From Opitutales bacterium (GTDB lineage: Bacteria > Verrucomicrobiota > Verrucomicrobiia > Opitutales > PNEW01), in the NCBI GenBank assembly GCA_965197745.1, contig CBDANS010000007.1, forward strand, positions 1,376,001 to 1,440,000: 64,000 bases of DNA. The letters are read 5' to 3'. The notes below the pieces were generated by a model. The model did not search any database. It was not told the origin of the DNA and saw only the letters and a program-made list of their open reading frames with translations. Shown here piece by piece: positions 10,568-22,095 of this stretch; the first letter of the stretch is position 1; the number at the start of each line of letters is the position of its first letter. A program made the translations under genes and the position numbers.

Positions 10568-11620
10568 CTATAAACTTTTATAGATTTCAGTGTCTTTCGG
10601 GTTTAGAACGAAGAGGTGTGAATCTTGCAAGAGAGCGGTTTTTTTCTCCATATCACAACGTAGGGGGAGCTGAGCGACACCGATTAATCGGCGCATGATT
10701 TCTACTCCAGAGAATTGCAGAGCCAACTCATAGGAAAATTCAGAGGTCGATCGGTACGCTTTTAAAAAACGGAGAATTAAATCATTATTTATTTCAGCTA
10801 ATGTAAAGTGAGCCAGCGTGACCCCGATTTCAAATTCGGGAATTCCGAAAAAAGAGAATTCAGGATCAATAATTTTCAATCCGTTTTCAGTCCTCAACCA
10901 GCTGCCCGGGAAATAATCACCGTGCAACAGGGTGGGGCCATCCTCCAGATATAATCGCCCCAGTTTACTTACTGCTTCTACAAAAATGGCATTGTTAATC
11001 AGTTTGTCAGCCGCTTGTTGAAGCCCTGAAGTGATGGCATCGAGGTCCATACCATTGTTCTGTAAGAGAGGGAAATGAAATATATGTTCATGGTTAAGTT
11101 CTCGCATATCCCGATTTGTCAACGAGCCCCGGTCTGCTTCATCAAAGGGAAGTTTATGGAGCTTGCTCAACCACTCAGCTAAAGCGTCAATCTCCTCCGG
11201 GAGCAACTGACTCCCCAGGTATATATCGGTATAGTCTCTTGACTCACCCAGATCTTCGATGGCAATAATGCGAGACAGGGGGTCAAGGTCATAAAAATCA
11301 GGCATTCTTTCTTTCACCCCAGGGTGTTCTTTAATGAGTTCGTAAAAACGGGCTTCGCGTATAACGCGATCCCATGGAGCATCAATACTCGGGTATTTTT
11401 CTACCCACGGTCTTGACTGTTTCAAAATGATCGAGCGGTGATCAGTTGAAATGCGGAGCGTGCAGTTCATGTTCCCCTCGCCAGCCGTCTCAGCTTTAGT
11501 TACCCTTTCATTCGCATTAAGTAATCCACGCTTTTGCAGATAGCTTTCCACAATTTCAGATTCATTTTTATCCAATAGAGTGATTTGAGGATATTCTTTA
11601 AGTAGTTCCTCTTTATTCAT
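10568..11620 (-). CDS. APH/choline-kinase-like phosphotransferase (methylthioribose kinase-like)
   Basis: GEGNMN, ILKQSRPW, LLHGD, IIDPEFSFFG motifs. Confidence 0.8.
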   Translation of the reverse strand: MNKEELLKEYPQITLLDKNESEIVESYLQKRGLLNANERVTKAETAGEGNMNCTLRISTDHRSIILKQSRPWVEKYPSIDAPWDRVIREARFYELIKEHPGVKERMPDFYDLDPLSRIIAIEDLGESRDYTDIYLGSQLLPEEIDALAEWLSKLHKLPFDEADRGSLTNRDMRELNHEHIFHFPLLQNNGMDLDAITSGLQQAADKLINNAIFVEAVSKLGRLYLEDGPTLLHGDYFPGSWLRTENGLKIIDPEFSFFGIPEFEIGVTLAHFTLAEINNDLILRFLKAYRSTSEFSYELALQFSGVEIMRRLIGVAQLPLRCDMEKKTALLQDSHLFVLNPKDTEIYKSL

Positions 11621-11897
11621 TATATTTTCCAGCGGGGAATTAATGTCGGATAATAGATGCTTCCATTTAATGATAGTATGGATTTATAGATCAATAGCGA
11701 ATGGATACCCCATATACAGTATATCCAGTGAGAATGATAAATTAACGGGCTGATGATAAAAACCGTTCTTAATAAGTCTGTATGAGCTGTTAAATAATTC
11801 GAAATCATGGAAGCGAAGCATATTTTTTATAAAAAGATTGAGATGTTATGAATAAAGGTAAACCTTTGGCACCAGAGAATATTAAGATTATCGCATA

Positions 11898-13085
11898 ATG
11901 AATATACACGAGTATCAGGCAAAGTCGTTATTTGAAGAATATGATATTCCAGTTACGCCAGGTGCTGCTGTCCACATGCCAGAGGAGATTGATGGAGCGC
12001 TGGCGAGACTGTCCGGGGAGAAGCTGGTTGTAAAAGCGCAGATTCATGCCGGGGGACGTGGCAAGGGAACCTTTGTCGATGGTTTAAAAGGAGGAGTAAA
12101 GCTGGCTTCATCGAAAGAAGAAGCAGATAAACTGGCTCGAAGAATGTTAGGTAATACGCTGGTTACTCATCAGACGGGTCCTGAGGGGCGTGAAGTAAAT
12201 ACCGTTTATTTTTCTGATGCTATTGCCATTAAGAAGGAATTCTATCTCGCAATTCTCCTCGACCGAGCAAGCTCGCATCCGGTGATTGTCGCGTCAACCG
12301 AAGGGGGAGTGGATATTGAAAAGGTAGCTGATGAAACACCGGAGAAAATAACTAAAGTCTTTATTGATCCAGCTTTAGGAATAAAACCCTATCAAGCTCG
12401 CCTTGTCGCATTCGGACTCGGATTTAAAGGAAAGGATGCTTTACAAATGGGCAATATTGTCAGTTGCCTCTATCGTCTTTTCTGGGAAAAAGATTGCTCA
12501 CTTGTTGAAATCAATCCGCTCGTAAGCACACCTGACGGTGGTATTGTCGCTTTGGATGCCAAAGTAAGTTTTGATGACAATGCTATTTTTCGCCACCCGG
12601 ATATTTCGGAAATGCGAGACCTCAATGAGGAAAATCCAAAAGAAGTCGAAGCCTCCAAGTATTCTTTAAATTATATCGCGCTTGACGGCAATATTGCCTG
12701 TCTCGTTAACGGCGCCGGACTGGCGATGGCAACGATGGATATTATTAAACATTATGGCGGTAATCCGGCAAATTTTCTTGATGTGGGAGGTAGCGCTACC
12801 GAGGAACAGGTTACCCAGGCCTTTAAAATTATACTCAGCGATCCCCATGTAGAGGGCATACTTGTCAATATCTTCGGGGGAATAATGCAGTGTGATATTA
12901 TTGCCGCCGGAGTAATAGAAGCAGCCAAAGCAGTAAAAATTTCTTTGCCACTGGTGGTTCGACTGGAAGGGACAAATGTTGATACCGGCAAGAAATTACT
13001 CGAAGACAGTGGACTTGCTATTACTTCAGCCGACAGCCTTGGCGAAGCTGCCCAGAAGGTCATCGCCATGGTGAAAAATAATTAA
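11898..13085 (+). CDS. sucC: Succinyl-CoA synthetase beta subunit
   Basis: MNIHEYQAK, KAQIHAGGRGK, VNGAGLAMATMD, NIFGGI. Confidence 0.99.
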   Translation: MNIHEYQAKSLFEEYDIPVTPGAAVHMPEEIDGALARLSGEKLVVKAQIHAGGRGKGTFVDGLKGGVKLASSKEEADKLARRMLGNTLVTHQTGPEGREVNTVYFSDAIAIKKEFYLAILLDRASSHPVIVASTEGGVDIEKVADETPEKITKVFIDPALGIKPYQARLVAFGLGFKGKDALQMGNIVSCLYRLFWEKDCSLVEINPLVSTPDGGIVALDAKVSFDDNAIFRHPDISEMRDLNEENPKEVEASKYSLNYIALDGNIACLVNGAGLAMATMDIIKHYGGNPANFLDVGGSATEEQVTQAFKIILSDPHVEGILVNIFGGIMQCDIIAAGVIEAAKAVKISLPLVVRLEGTNVDTGKKLLEDSGLAITSADSLGEAAQKVIAMVKNN

Positions 13086-13121
13086 TCCATCATTCTTAAT
13101 TCCTAATTCTTAATTTATAGA

Positions 13122-13997
13122 GTGAGCATTCTGGTAAACAAAGACACTCGGGTTGTGGTTCAAGGTATCACGGGGAAAGCGGGAGGATTTCACGCCCGCC
13201 AGTGCCTGGAGTATGGCACCAATATCGTTGCCGGCGTGACCCCGGGAAAAGGTGGCCAGACTTTTGAGGATAAAGTTCCAATCTATGATAGTGTCGATGA
13301 AGCCGTTAGGCAAGAGGGAGCCAATGCAACCCTGGTATTTGTTCCACCCCCATTTGCCAGCGATTCCATACTGGAAGCAATAGATGCAGGAATTGAGCTT
13401 GTTGTCGCTATTACCGAGGGAATCCCGGTGCGCGACATGACGGAAGTAAAGGCCAAGCTTGAACGTTCCCAATCCCGAATGATTGGACCTAATTGTCCGG
13501 GGATAATCACCCCCGGTCAATGTAAGATGGGTATCATGCCCGGATATATTCACAAGCCAGGCAAGGTGGGCGTAGTCTCCCGATCCGGGACACTAACTTA
13601 CGAGGCAGTGTGGCAGTTGACGTCTCGCGATCACGGACAGAGCACCTGTATTGGTATTGGCGGCGACCCTATTATTGGGACTACCCACACCGATGCGGTA
13701 AAGCTTTTTAATAAAGATCCAGAGACCGAGGCGATAATAATGATCGGGGAAATTGGTGGTGATGCTGAGGAAAAAGCCGCTGAGTATATTAAAGACAATG
13801 TTAAAAAACCGGTTGCCGCATTTATTGCCGGAACAACCGCTCCTCCGGGGCGACGCATGGGCCATGCCGGGGCCATTGTCTCAGGAGGGAAAGGGACTGC
13901 CGCGGCAAAAATTGAATCGCTCAAGGAGGCGGGTATTGCTATTGCTACAACCCCATCGGAAATTGCGGAAACCCTTTTTACGGTTTATAAAGGCTGA
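13122..13997 (+). CDS. sucD: Succinyl-CoA synthetase alpha subunit
   Basis: [29 protein letters not shown]. Confidence 0.99.
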   Translation: MSILVNKDTRVVVQGITGKAGGFHARQCLEYGTNIVAGVTPGKGGQTFEDKVPIYDSVDEAVRQEGANATLVFVPPPFASDSILEAIDAGIELVVAITEGIPVRDMTEVKAKLERSQSRMIGPNCPGIITPGQCKMGIMPGYIHKPGKVGVVSRSGTLTYEAVWQLTSRDHGQSTCIGIGGDPIIGTTHTDAVKLFNKDPETEAIIMIGEIGGDAEEKAAEYIKDNVKKPVAAFIAGTTAPPGRRMGHAGAIVSGGKGTAAAKIESLKEAGIAIATTPSEIAETLFTVYKG

Positions 13998-14017
13998 AGT
14001 GGCAGCTTGAGAGGATA

Positions 14018-16057
14018 TTAAGAGCGACCTCGGCTGGAATAATTTCTACGCCCTCTTTGCTTACGTCTCCCCAGGTTTTTTGATGGAGGGTGTAAATGGT
14101 CGCCCTTGCGCAGGATATCGATCTGATCACGGAGGAGAGCAGCCTGTTCAAAACGGAGATCTTCTGCTGCTGCCAGCATCTCAGTCTCCAGTTCCGCGAT
14201 AACCAAAGCCACATCCTGGTCCCCCCTCGCTTCTGCTACAGAAACAGGGTCAACGGCATCACTTTTATTATCGTAATGCAGACTGGCCTGAACAGACCTT
14301 TTAATGCTTCGAGGAATGATTCCGTGTTCGGTATTGTAAGCCAATTGCTTTTCCCGCCGCTGATCGGTAATTTCGAGGGTCTTTTTCAGCGAGTCATTTA
14401 ATTCTTCAGCGTAAAGAATAACGCGTCCTTTTTCATGACGCGCGGCTCGACCAGCGGTTTGGATCAGACTGGTCAGGCTTCGCAAAAATCCTTCTTTGTC
14501 AGCATCGAGGATAGCGACGAGAGCGACTTCGGGCAGATCCAGACCTTCACGCAAGAGATTTACCCCGACTAAGACATCGAAGTCACCGCGTCGTAAGTTA
14601 CGTAATATTTCCACGCGCTCAATAGCGTCAATATCACTGTGAAGATATTCCACGCGAATTTCTCTCTCTCGCAGGTAAGTACTCAAGTCTTCCGACATAC
14701 GTTTGGTCAGCGTTGTCACAAGGACACGCTCTCCCGTTTTCACCGCCTCTTGTATTTCACCAATGAGATCTTCAACCTGGCCTTTGGTAGGACGAATTTC
14801 CATTAGTGGATCCAGCAATCCCGTCGGTCTGATCAGTTGTTCCGCTACGGTCTTAGAGAGCTGCAAATTATTATCCGAGGGGGTCGCGGAGACAAAAAGT
14901 GCTTGTCCGGTGATCTCATTAAATTCGTCAGCCCGCAAAGGCCGATTATCGAGCGCCGAAGGCAGGCGAAATCCAAACTCGACAAGTTTCTCTTTGCGTG
15001 AGCGATCGCCACGGTACATACCGCCAATTTGAGGAACCGTGGCGTGGCTTTCGTCAATGATGAGTAGAAAATCCTCAGGGAAGAAGTCTATCAGGCACGA
15101 TGGGCGTTCGCCGGGATTGCGGCCAGAGAGATGTCGGGAGTAGTTTTCAATTCCACTGCAAAAACCCATTTCCTGCAGTAATTCAAGGTCGTATTCCGTG
15201 CGCATGCGAATTCGTTGAGCTTCGAGCAGGCTCCCCTTTTTTTCATATTCACGGACTCTCTCCTCTAATTCTTCACGTATTGCCTGAATAGCTGAGTCTA
15301 ATTTGCGGCGCGGTGTAATATACTGGTTGGCGGGGTATAAATGAAAATGTTCAAGCTTATGACCGGTTTCTCCCGTGAGGGGGTCCAGTTCTTCTAAATT
15401 TTCAATCTCATCACCCCAGAATTCAATTCGAATGGCGCTCTCCATATAAGCGGGAAAGACATCGACCACTTCTCCGCGTACCCGGAAATGACCCCGTGTG
15501 AGTTCAACATCATTGCGCTCGTAAAGATTCTCAACTAAACGTTCGAGAAATATGTCGCGACTATAATTTTTACCAATACTGAGAGGAATCATCATCTCTT
15601 TGAAATCATCCGGAGAACCCAGACCGTAGATACAGGATACACTGGCCACCACGATAACATCTCGCCGACTGATCAAGGCACTCGTAGCCGAGATGCGAAG
15701 GCGTTCAATTTCATCGTTAATTGAGGAATCTTTCTCAATGTAAGTGTCGGTTTGAGGTATGTAAGCTTCCGGTTGATAATAATCGTAATAACTGACGAAA
15801 TATTCTACGGCATTATCAGGGAAGAAATTTTTAAATTCCGAATAGAGCTGGGCAGCCAGGGTTTTATTGTGTGATATGACGAGGGTAGGTCGCTGCAAAC
15901 ACTCGATTATGTTGGCCATCGTAAATGTCTTTCCCGAACCGGTCACCCCCAGCAGTGTCTGATAGCCATTACCTGACTTGATGGAATCCACTAAGGATTT
16001 AATTGCCTGGGGCTGATCACCAGTTGGGTGGTAGTCCGCTTTTAATTGAAATTTCAT
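14018..16057 (-). CDS. uvrB: Excinuclease ABC subunit B
   Basis: [48 protein letters not shown]. Confidence 0.99.
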   Translation of the reverse strand: MKFQLKADYHPTGDQPQAIKSLVDSIKSGNGYQTLLGVTGSGKTFTMANIIECLQRPTLVISHNKTLAAQLYSEFKNFFPDNAVEYFVSYYDYYQPEAYIPQTDTYIEKDSSINDEIERLRISATSALISRRDVIVVASVSCIYGLGSPDDFKEMMIPLSIGKNYSRDIFLERLVENLYERNDVELTRGHFRVRGEVVDVFPAYMESAIRIEFWGDEIENLEELDPLTGETGHKLEHFHLYPANQYITPRRKLDSAIQAIREELEERVREYEKKGSLLEAQRIRMRTEYDLELLQEMGFCSGIENYSRHLSGRNPGERPSCLIDFFPEDFLLIIDESHATVPQIGGMYRGDRSRKEKLVEFGFRLPSALDNRPLRADEFNEITGQALFVSATPSDNNLQLSKTVAEQLIRPTGLLDPLMEIRPTKGQVEDLIGEIQEAVKTGERVLVTTLTKRMSEDLSTYLREREIRVEYLHSDIDAIERVEILRNLRRGDFDVLVGVNLLREGLDLPEVALVAILDADKEGFLRSLTSLIQTAGRAARHEKGRVILYAEELNDSLKKTLEITDQRREKQLAYNTEHGIIPRSIKRSVQASLHYDNKSDAVDPVSVAEARGDQDVALVIAELETEMLAAAEDLRFEQAALLRDQIDILRKGDHLHPPSKNLGRRKQRGRRNYSSRGRS

Positions 16058-16261
16058 CGGCTAGAGGGTGAGCGATAAACCATCAAAATTTATAAATGGT
16101 ATAATTAAGCGTTAAAATCGCTCCTGTCGAGCTTGGCAACTGGCTTTTGAATAAGCGGTTATCACAATTTTTTGGTTGAGTAACTATTTATTCAGGTGCA
16201 TCCCTATTACTTTTGAACAGTATACAGGATATTGTTCAAATTATATAAATAAAGCCTCCCG

Positions 16262-16870
16262 ATGATTTCACACCAGCATAAATGTATTTTAATCAAGGTC
16301 CCTAAAACTGCAGGCACGAGTATCGCGCTGGCTTTGAACTGTGCGCATATATTAAAGCCACATCGAAATATCATTGAAATAAAAGCCGCCTTAGAAAGTA
16401 ACCCTGGGATCGGGATTTAAAATATAGGGGAGACGCCAACGGTTGATTGTTTTAAAGAATATTTCAAATTTGGTTTTGTGCGAAACCCCTGGGATAGAGT
16501 AGTCTCTCTTTATAATCGTAAAGAGGGGATACAAATGTCGAATGTTATGAAATTTGAACAATTTGTGGATTGGATAAATTTCAGCAGTGATGCTTGTGTT
16601 CATCCATCGCAGCATAAGAATCAGCTGGATTGGTTTACCGACGATAGCAGTGCTGTAATTGTGGACTTTATCGGAAAATACGAAAACCTGGAAAGTGACT
16701 GGCTTAAAATATGTGAGATGCTGTCTGTTAATATTACCCTCCCTCACGCGAGAAAAAATCCATTTAATAAACGTAATTATACTGAATATTATACAGATCA
16801 AACGAGGGATATTATTCGAGAAAAATTTCACGTGGATATTGAGTATTTTAACTATGAATTTGGTATTTGA
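16262..16870 (+). pseudogene. Sulfotransferase family 2 protein interrupted by an in-frame TAA (16418-16420)
   Basis: ATG 16262 gives MISHQHKCILIKVPKTAGTSI (5'-PSB motif); after the TAA the same frame continues to FKFGFVRNPWDRVVS (3'-PB motif) and DFIGKYENL. Confidence 0.85.
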
Positions 16871-16931
16871 ATCTTCTTGCTTTAAGATTTTCTCTCTCGC
16901 TTGATTAATTGCTTAGCTTTTAAGTATTCAG

Positions 16932-17108
16932 TTGAATCATAATATAATCATAGCCTTAATTCTTTTTGGCCTTGTCATTGCCTGGTTCATTATTCGCTTT
17001 TTTATACGTCTTACTCTCCGCCTTTTTTTCTTTTGCTTCTTAATTATTGTCCTTCTTGGGATCGCCTTATTTGTATTCCATCCCTTTAACCTGCAATCTC
17101 CATTCTAA
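16932..17108 (+). CDS. Small two-helix membrane protein (58 aa)
   Basis: Hand translation from TTG: MNHNIIIALILFGLVIAWFIIRFFIRLTLRLFFFCFLIIVLLGIALFVFHPFNLQSPF; its stop abuts the sulfatase ATG. Confidence 0.6.
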   Translation: MNHNIIIALILFGLVIAWFIIRFFIRLTLRLFFFCFLIIVLLGIALFVFHPFNLQSPF

Positions 17109-18623
17109 ATGAAAAATAAACCGAACATCCTTTTTATCATCACCGACCAGCAGCGGGCTGACACACTTGGATTCTTAAAAAGAACGCCTTGCCAGACACC
17201 CAATATAGACAGATTAGCGAGCAGGGGAATTTCATTTGATCAGTGTATCACCCCGAATCCGATTTGTGGACCTGCTCGCGCCGCAATATTTTCCGGTCGC
17301 TACCCACACCAGCTTAGGAGTGAGGTATTTCCTGAAGGCCTTGGCGTTACGGGAAGAGAATATGGTAAGGATATGATGCTGAATACCTATTCAATCCGTG
17401 AATCTCCTGATCTCACCAACCTCCTTAAAGCGGAGGGATATTCTACTGCTTATGCGGGAAAATGGCACGTGGGAGAAGATATCATCGGTGACTGGTTTGA
17501 AAGAGCAGAGGGAAATAGATTAATTAATTATGACAAGTGGATTAAAGAGAATAATCTTCCCGACGGGTGGGCCATGAATGACAATGAGGTAAAAACAAAC
17601 CGGTTTCCTCATATGTCGATACCCTTTCCTAAGGTGAGTCCGCTGGAAGCCTCACAAACGGTCGATGCCTGGATCGCCGATATTGCGATACGACAGATAG
17701 AAGAGCGCCCTGTAGACCAGGCTTTCTTTCAGGTCTGCAGTTTCATCGGGCCCCATCCACCATTTAAAATCCCTGAGCCTTACTTCAGCTATTATGATCC
17801 TGAATCTATTCCCGAACCTCCAAATTTCAATCCATCGGCCTTAGAGCCCGCATGTAAATATTATAGCTTTTACCGGAACATTAGGCAGGACTATAGTGAG
17901 GACTGGAGTGAATGGAAAAAGTCCGTTGCCGTCTACTGGGGATTTGTAAAATTAATGGATGATCAGGTGGGACGTCTAATCGATTGCCTGGAGCGTGATC
18001 AGTTGCTCGATGAAACATTAATCATATTTTGCAGTGACCATGGGGAGATGCTTGGCCAGCATGGATTATGGCAAAAAATGCAACCCTACGAAGAGTCATT
18101 GCGCGTACCCCTTGTCATGGCTGTTCCAGGAATGAAGGAGGGGGATGGTATTCGCAGTCAAGCCGGGGCTTCACTCATCGATATAGCCCCCACCATCCTT
18201 TCCGCGGCCGGTGTTAAAGCACCTGGAAATTACGAGGGGATCGATCTTTCACCAGCATTTACTGGGGGGACACCGTTAAAAGAGGATCGTATGCTATTCA
18301 GTGAACAGAAACCACTCGGGCATTTTCACGGAGAAGTAGATTGGCGTCTGGCCACAGATAATCGCTATAAATATGTTTGGAATCGCACGGATCGAGACGA
18401 ATTTTATGATCTATCAGCAGATCCTTTGGAAACCGAGAATCTAATAAATAATTCAGATCTAAATTCAGTGATTTCAACATACCAGGATGCTTTATTCAAC
18501 TGGTTGAAAGATACCGCTGACCCGCTTTTATCCGACTATGAATATGAATTGTCTTTGAGTGATCGGGTGAGGGATATTCTGCTAAAAAAAATTGATATTA
18601 TTTACACCAGGAATCGGCCCTAA
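17109..18623 (+). CDS. Formylglycine-dependent sulfatase (S1, Cys-type), no signal peptide
   Basis: KPNILFIITDQQR, CGPARAAIFSGRY (CxPxR), GKWH, PHPPF, SDHGEM. Confidence 0.95.
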   Translation: MKNKPNILFIITDQQRADTLGFLKRTPCQTPNIDRLASRGISFDQCITPNPICGPARAAIFSGRYPHQLRSEVFPEGLGVTGREYGKDMMLNTYSIRESPDLTNLLKAEGYSTAYAGKWHVGEDIIGDWFERAEGNRLINYDKWIKENNLPDGWAMNDNEVKTNRFPHMSIPFPKVSPLEASQTVDAWIADIAIRQIEERPVDQAFFQVCSFIGPHPPFKIPEPYFSYYDPESIPEPPNFNPSALEPACKYYSFYRNIRQDYSEDWSEWKKSVAVYWGFVKLMDDQVGRLIDCLERDQLLDETLIIFCSDHGEMLGQHGLWQKMQPYEESLRVPLVMAVPGMKEGDGIRSQAGASLIDIAPTILSAAGVKAPGNYEGIDLSPAFTGGTPLKEDRMLFSEQKPLGHFHGEVDWRLATDNRYKYVWNRTDRDEFYDLSADPLETENLINNSDLNSVISTYQDALFNWLKDTADPLLSDYEYELSLSDRVRDILLKKIDIIYTRNRP

Positions 18624-18640
18624 CCCCATTTCCGCTTGAT

Positions 18641-19945
18641 TTAATTTTCGATCGCATAGATTTCTTTTTCGCCTTCGGTCTTGCCGATAATGACTGCGCC
18701 ACAGGTATCACTGTAGACATTAACCGCGGTGCGGCACATATCGAGGATGCGGTCCGTAACCCATACCAGCCCAACGGCTTCAAGGGGAAGGCCGACAACC
18801 CCAAGAATAACGGTAATCGCAACAAGGCTGGCAGCCGGAATTCCTGCAACTCCTACAGAAGTTAATAATGCCAGGAGGACTACGGAAAACTGGGTCGCAA
18901 AACCGATTTCGAATCCTTGCAAAACACCGTAAATCTGCGCGATAAAAATGATGACAACACACTCATAGAGTGCGGTGCCATCCATGTTAACCGTCGCTCC
19001 CAAGGGGAGGGTAAAGCTGGCGGTCTTATTGGAAACACCCGCATTCTTTTCTACTGTCTCGAGAGTAACAGGTAGGGTTGAAGCAGAAGATGCGGTGGAA
19101 AATGCAGTAAGTAAAACCGGTGCCATCGACTTGAGATGCTGGAGGGGATTAACTTTTGCTGCAAATTTTAATAATAATCCTAAATTGAGTAAAAGATGAA
19201 TGCCCAACGCTAGAACAACGGTGATAAAAAATAAGAGCAATGGCTTAAACAATCCGAATCCTGTTCGCAGGATGATCGGCGTTACCAGTCCAAATACTCC
19301 TATTGGTGCAAATTTAATTACTAAATTGGTGATTCGCATCATTACACCCTGAATACTTTCCCATAAAGTGGACTGGAATTCTAAATGTCGCTGTGAAAGC
19401 TTGCTGATAAAATAACCGAAGAGCAGGCTGAATACGATGAGCCCTAATAGTTGTCCATTATCAGTAGCCGCTTTTATGATGTTTGGTGGAATCATACGAA
19501 TAAATATATTGACCATTTCACCACTTCCCCGGCCTTCAACTTTATCCATAAATTGATCTGCACTCTGTGCCTGCCCTACAATTTGAGCTGCAAGTTCAGA
19601 AGAGACAGACCCTGGTCTGATAATGTTTACAATCAACAAACCGATGATTATTGCGAGCAATCCTGAAACTGTATAGTAGACAAGGATTTTAATACCCATT
19701 CGACCGAAATTACGTTCAGAACCAAGACCCATAATGCCGCAAATAATTGAAGAAACAATGAGCGGGACTACTATCATCTTCAGGGCATTCATGAATATTA
19801 TGCCGATAAATTCGCAAGTACTCACAAGTCCAACTGCATAACCACTATGCGCGTGATCGGCTATTTTAATGACAATGCCAATCACAACAGCCAGGAGTAT
19901 GGCGCCCAGAATTTGCCAGTGTAGCTTCCACTTAAGCGGGTTCAT
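18641..19945 (-). CDS. Dicarboxylate/amino acid:cation symporter (DAACS, GltP/GltT family)
   Basis: AFSTASSASTLP, LPLGATVNMDGTALY, DRILDMCRTAVNV. Confidence 0.96.
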   Translation of the reverse strand: MNPLKWKLHWQILGAILLAVVIGIVIKIADHAHSGYAVGLVSTCEFIGIIFMNALKMIVVPLIVSSIICGIMGLGSERNFGRMGIKILVYYTVSGLLAIIIGLLIVNIIRPGSVSSELAAQIVGQAQSADQFMDKVEGRGSGEMVNIFIRMIPPNIIKAATDNGQLLGLIVFSLLFGYFISKLSQRHLEFQSTLWESIQGVMMRITNLVIKFAPIGVFGLVTPIILRTGFGLFKPLLLFFITVVLALGIHLLLNLGLLLKFAAKVNPLQHLKSMAPVLLTAFSTASSASTLPVTLETVEKNAGVSNKTASFTLPLGATVNMDGTALYECVVIIFIAQIYGVLQGFEIGFATQFSVVLLALLTSVGVAGIPAASLVAITVILGVVGLPLEAVGLVWVTDRILDMCRTAVNVYSDTCGAVIIGKTEGEKEIYAIEN

Positions 19946-20486
19946 GCTGATACAAGTAGAAGGGAAAAAAGAATACAGTCAACTCGTTAGAATATGAGCT
20001 CTTTGCAGGTAGCACTTTCTTTAATGATGCTTAATTTAAATAGCGTCTTAGAAGATAAAAGGAGAATGTTGAACTTTCCCTAATACGGTATTGAGAGAAT
20101 GCGACCTATAGGGTGAGGGCGTATTTAAAGGCCTGGAAAAAAGCGCACTGAGGCGAGATAAATCGCGATCTGCATCCATAAGGACCTTACTGTTAATCAC
20201 TTCTTTTAAGGGTAATAAGTGTTCTGTTTTCTCCAGAACTGTTTGGCTATTGGAAATCTCCAGGATAAATGCTACCTGTTTCAACTGGGGCTTTTTTTTA
20301 AGTGACCTCGAACGAGGAAATAGTTTTCATCAATCTGTAAGGAATAAATTAAGTAATTATATTCACTTTTCTTTTTGCCGCAGATTTGAATTAATGAAGT
20401 GTCAGTTTCGGGAATATGCACCCCGTGTATTTTTCCATTGAATATATCGCTGGTTGCACTAACTTATAATGTAATTTTATTTCACT

Positions 20487-21674
20487 ATGATTATTAAACC
20501 ACGTGTCCGCGGTTTTATATGCGTAACAGCTCACCCGGCTGGGTGTGCTGCGCATGTTCAGGAACAGATTGACTATGTGCAAGGGCAACAAGCTAATGAG
20601 GGTGGGCCTAAAAATGTTCTTATTATAGGAGCTTCGACTGGCTATGGATTATCCACACGCATCGTTAGTGCTTTTGGCTACAACGCGGCAACGATCGGTG
20701 TTTTTTTCGAAAGACCTGCGAGTAATGGAAAACCCGCGTCTGCGGGATGGTACAATTCGATTGCTTTTGAAAGAGCTGCTCATGAAAAAGGTTTATATGC
20801 GAAGAGCATTATGGGTGATGCTTTTTCTGATGAGATCAAGAATCAAACGATCGATCTGATAAAAAAAGACTTAGGCAAGGTAGACCTGGTTGTTTATAGC
20901 CTGGCTTCCCCTCGGCGTACTGACCCGAAAACGGGAGATACATATAAAATGTCCCTTAAACCCATTGGCCAGACACTCCATGACAAGACGCTTGATACTG
21001 ATAAAAAAATAGTCATGGAGGATAGCATTGAGCCGGCGACAGAAAAGGAAATTGTAGAAACGATAAATGTTATGGGGGGTGAGGATTGGGAATTATGGCT
21101 GAATGCCCTTATGGCAGCTGAGGTCCTTGATGAAGGCGCTACGACTGTCGCTTATTCCTATATCGGTCCTGAAGTAACCTGGCCTATTTATAAAAATGGC
21201 ACGATTGGTATGGCCAAAGAAGATCTTGAAAAATCCGCGGCCAAAATTGATTCGAGATTAAAAACTATTGGTGGTCGCGCATTCATCTCCATTAATAAAG
21301 GAGTCGTGACCCAATCCAGCTCGGCTATTCCGGTTGTTCCTCTATACTTTTCTCTTCTTTTCAAAGTAATGAAAGAAAAGGGATTGCACGAAGGCTGTAT
21401 TGAGCAAATACAGCGACTTTTCACCACTAATCTATATAATGGGGCAGTGCCCGAGTTAGATGAATCGGGTAGAATACGCATAGACGATCTGGAGATGCGG
21501 GCTGACGTACAGGAAGCTGTGGCCGAACTTTGGCCCCGGGTTACTACCGAAAACCTTGAAGAGATTTCAGATTTTTCCGGCCACCAGCGCGAATTCTTAA
21601 GACTCTTCGGCTTCGGTTTTCCAGGTGTGGATTACGATGAGGATATTAATCCGGAAGCAAACTTCGAGACCTAG
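20487..21674 (+). CDS. fabV: Enoyl-ACP reductase FabV / trans-2-enoyl-CoA reductase
   Basis: MIIKPRVRGFICVTAHPAGC, GASTGYG, YSLASP, YKNGTIGMAK. Confidence 0.96.
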   Translation: MIIKPRVRGFICVTAHPAGCAAHVQEQIDYVQGQQANEGGPKNVLIIGASTGYGLSTRIVSAFGYNAATIGVFFERPASNGKPASAGWYNSIAFERAAHEKGLYAKSIMGDAFSDEIKNQTIDLIKKDLGKVDLVVYSLASPRRTDPKTGDTYKMSLKPIGQTLHDKTLDTDKKIVMEDSIEPATEKEIVETINVMGGEDWELWLNALMAAEVLDEGATTVAYSYIGPEVTWPIYKNGTIGMAKEDLEKSAAKIDSRLKTIGGRAFISINKGVVTQSSSAIPVVPLYFSLLFKVMKEKGLHEGCIEQIQRLFTTNLYNGAVPELDESGRIRIDDLEMRADVQEAVAELWPRVTTENLEEISDFSGHQREFLRLFGFGFPGVDYDEDINPEANFET

Positions 21675-21688
21675 TTGCAAAGCTCAAT

Positions 21689-22078
21689 TCAACGCGATTG
21701 CAGTCTGATTTTTTCAAAGCCGGCTTTGCGGCAGGTATCCATGATAAAAGTTACATGCTTAAGATAGGAATCCTCGTCGGCGAGGATTAAAACAGGCAGT
21801 TCCAAATCAATATGTGCGGCGAGACTGATAGCGGCAATGAGTTCGTTCCGAGTCACTAAAGTCCCGTTATAATAAAATTCACCTTCAGGACTGATTCCCA
21901 CCTCCAAGCGTTCTATTTGCTTGTTTTTTCCGGCAGTCTCAATCTTTGGAGGCAGGATATTGAGAATGCTTATATTCCGAAATTGCATAGAGACGAGGAA
22001 AAAGAAAATAAGGACGATGAGCACATCGACGAGGGGGACAATATTTATCTCGGCCTTACGCCTCCGTTTTTTCTCCAT
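21689..22078 (-). CDS. exbD: ExbD/TolR family protein
   Basis: EINIVPLVDVLIVLIFFFLV, ILADED. Confidence 0.9.
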   Translation of the reverse strand: MEKKRRRKAEINIVPLVDVLIVLIFFFLVSMQFRNISILNILPPKIETAGKNKQIERLEVGISPEGEFYYNGTLVTRNELIAAISLAAHIDLELPVLILADEDSYLKHVTFIMDTCRKAGFEKIRLQSR

Positions 22079-22095
22079 AGGACTTATAGTTCAGG

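Noticed and set aside
11888..11915. TCGCATAATGAATATA resembling half of a dif site
   Set aside because: No XerD arm (TTATGTTAAAT); overlaps the sucC start codon
20048..20441. Short ORFs between the DAACS transporter and fabV
   Set aside because: No good start or recognisable motif; probably a divergent promoter region
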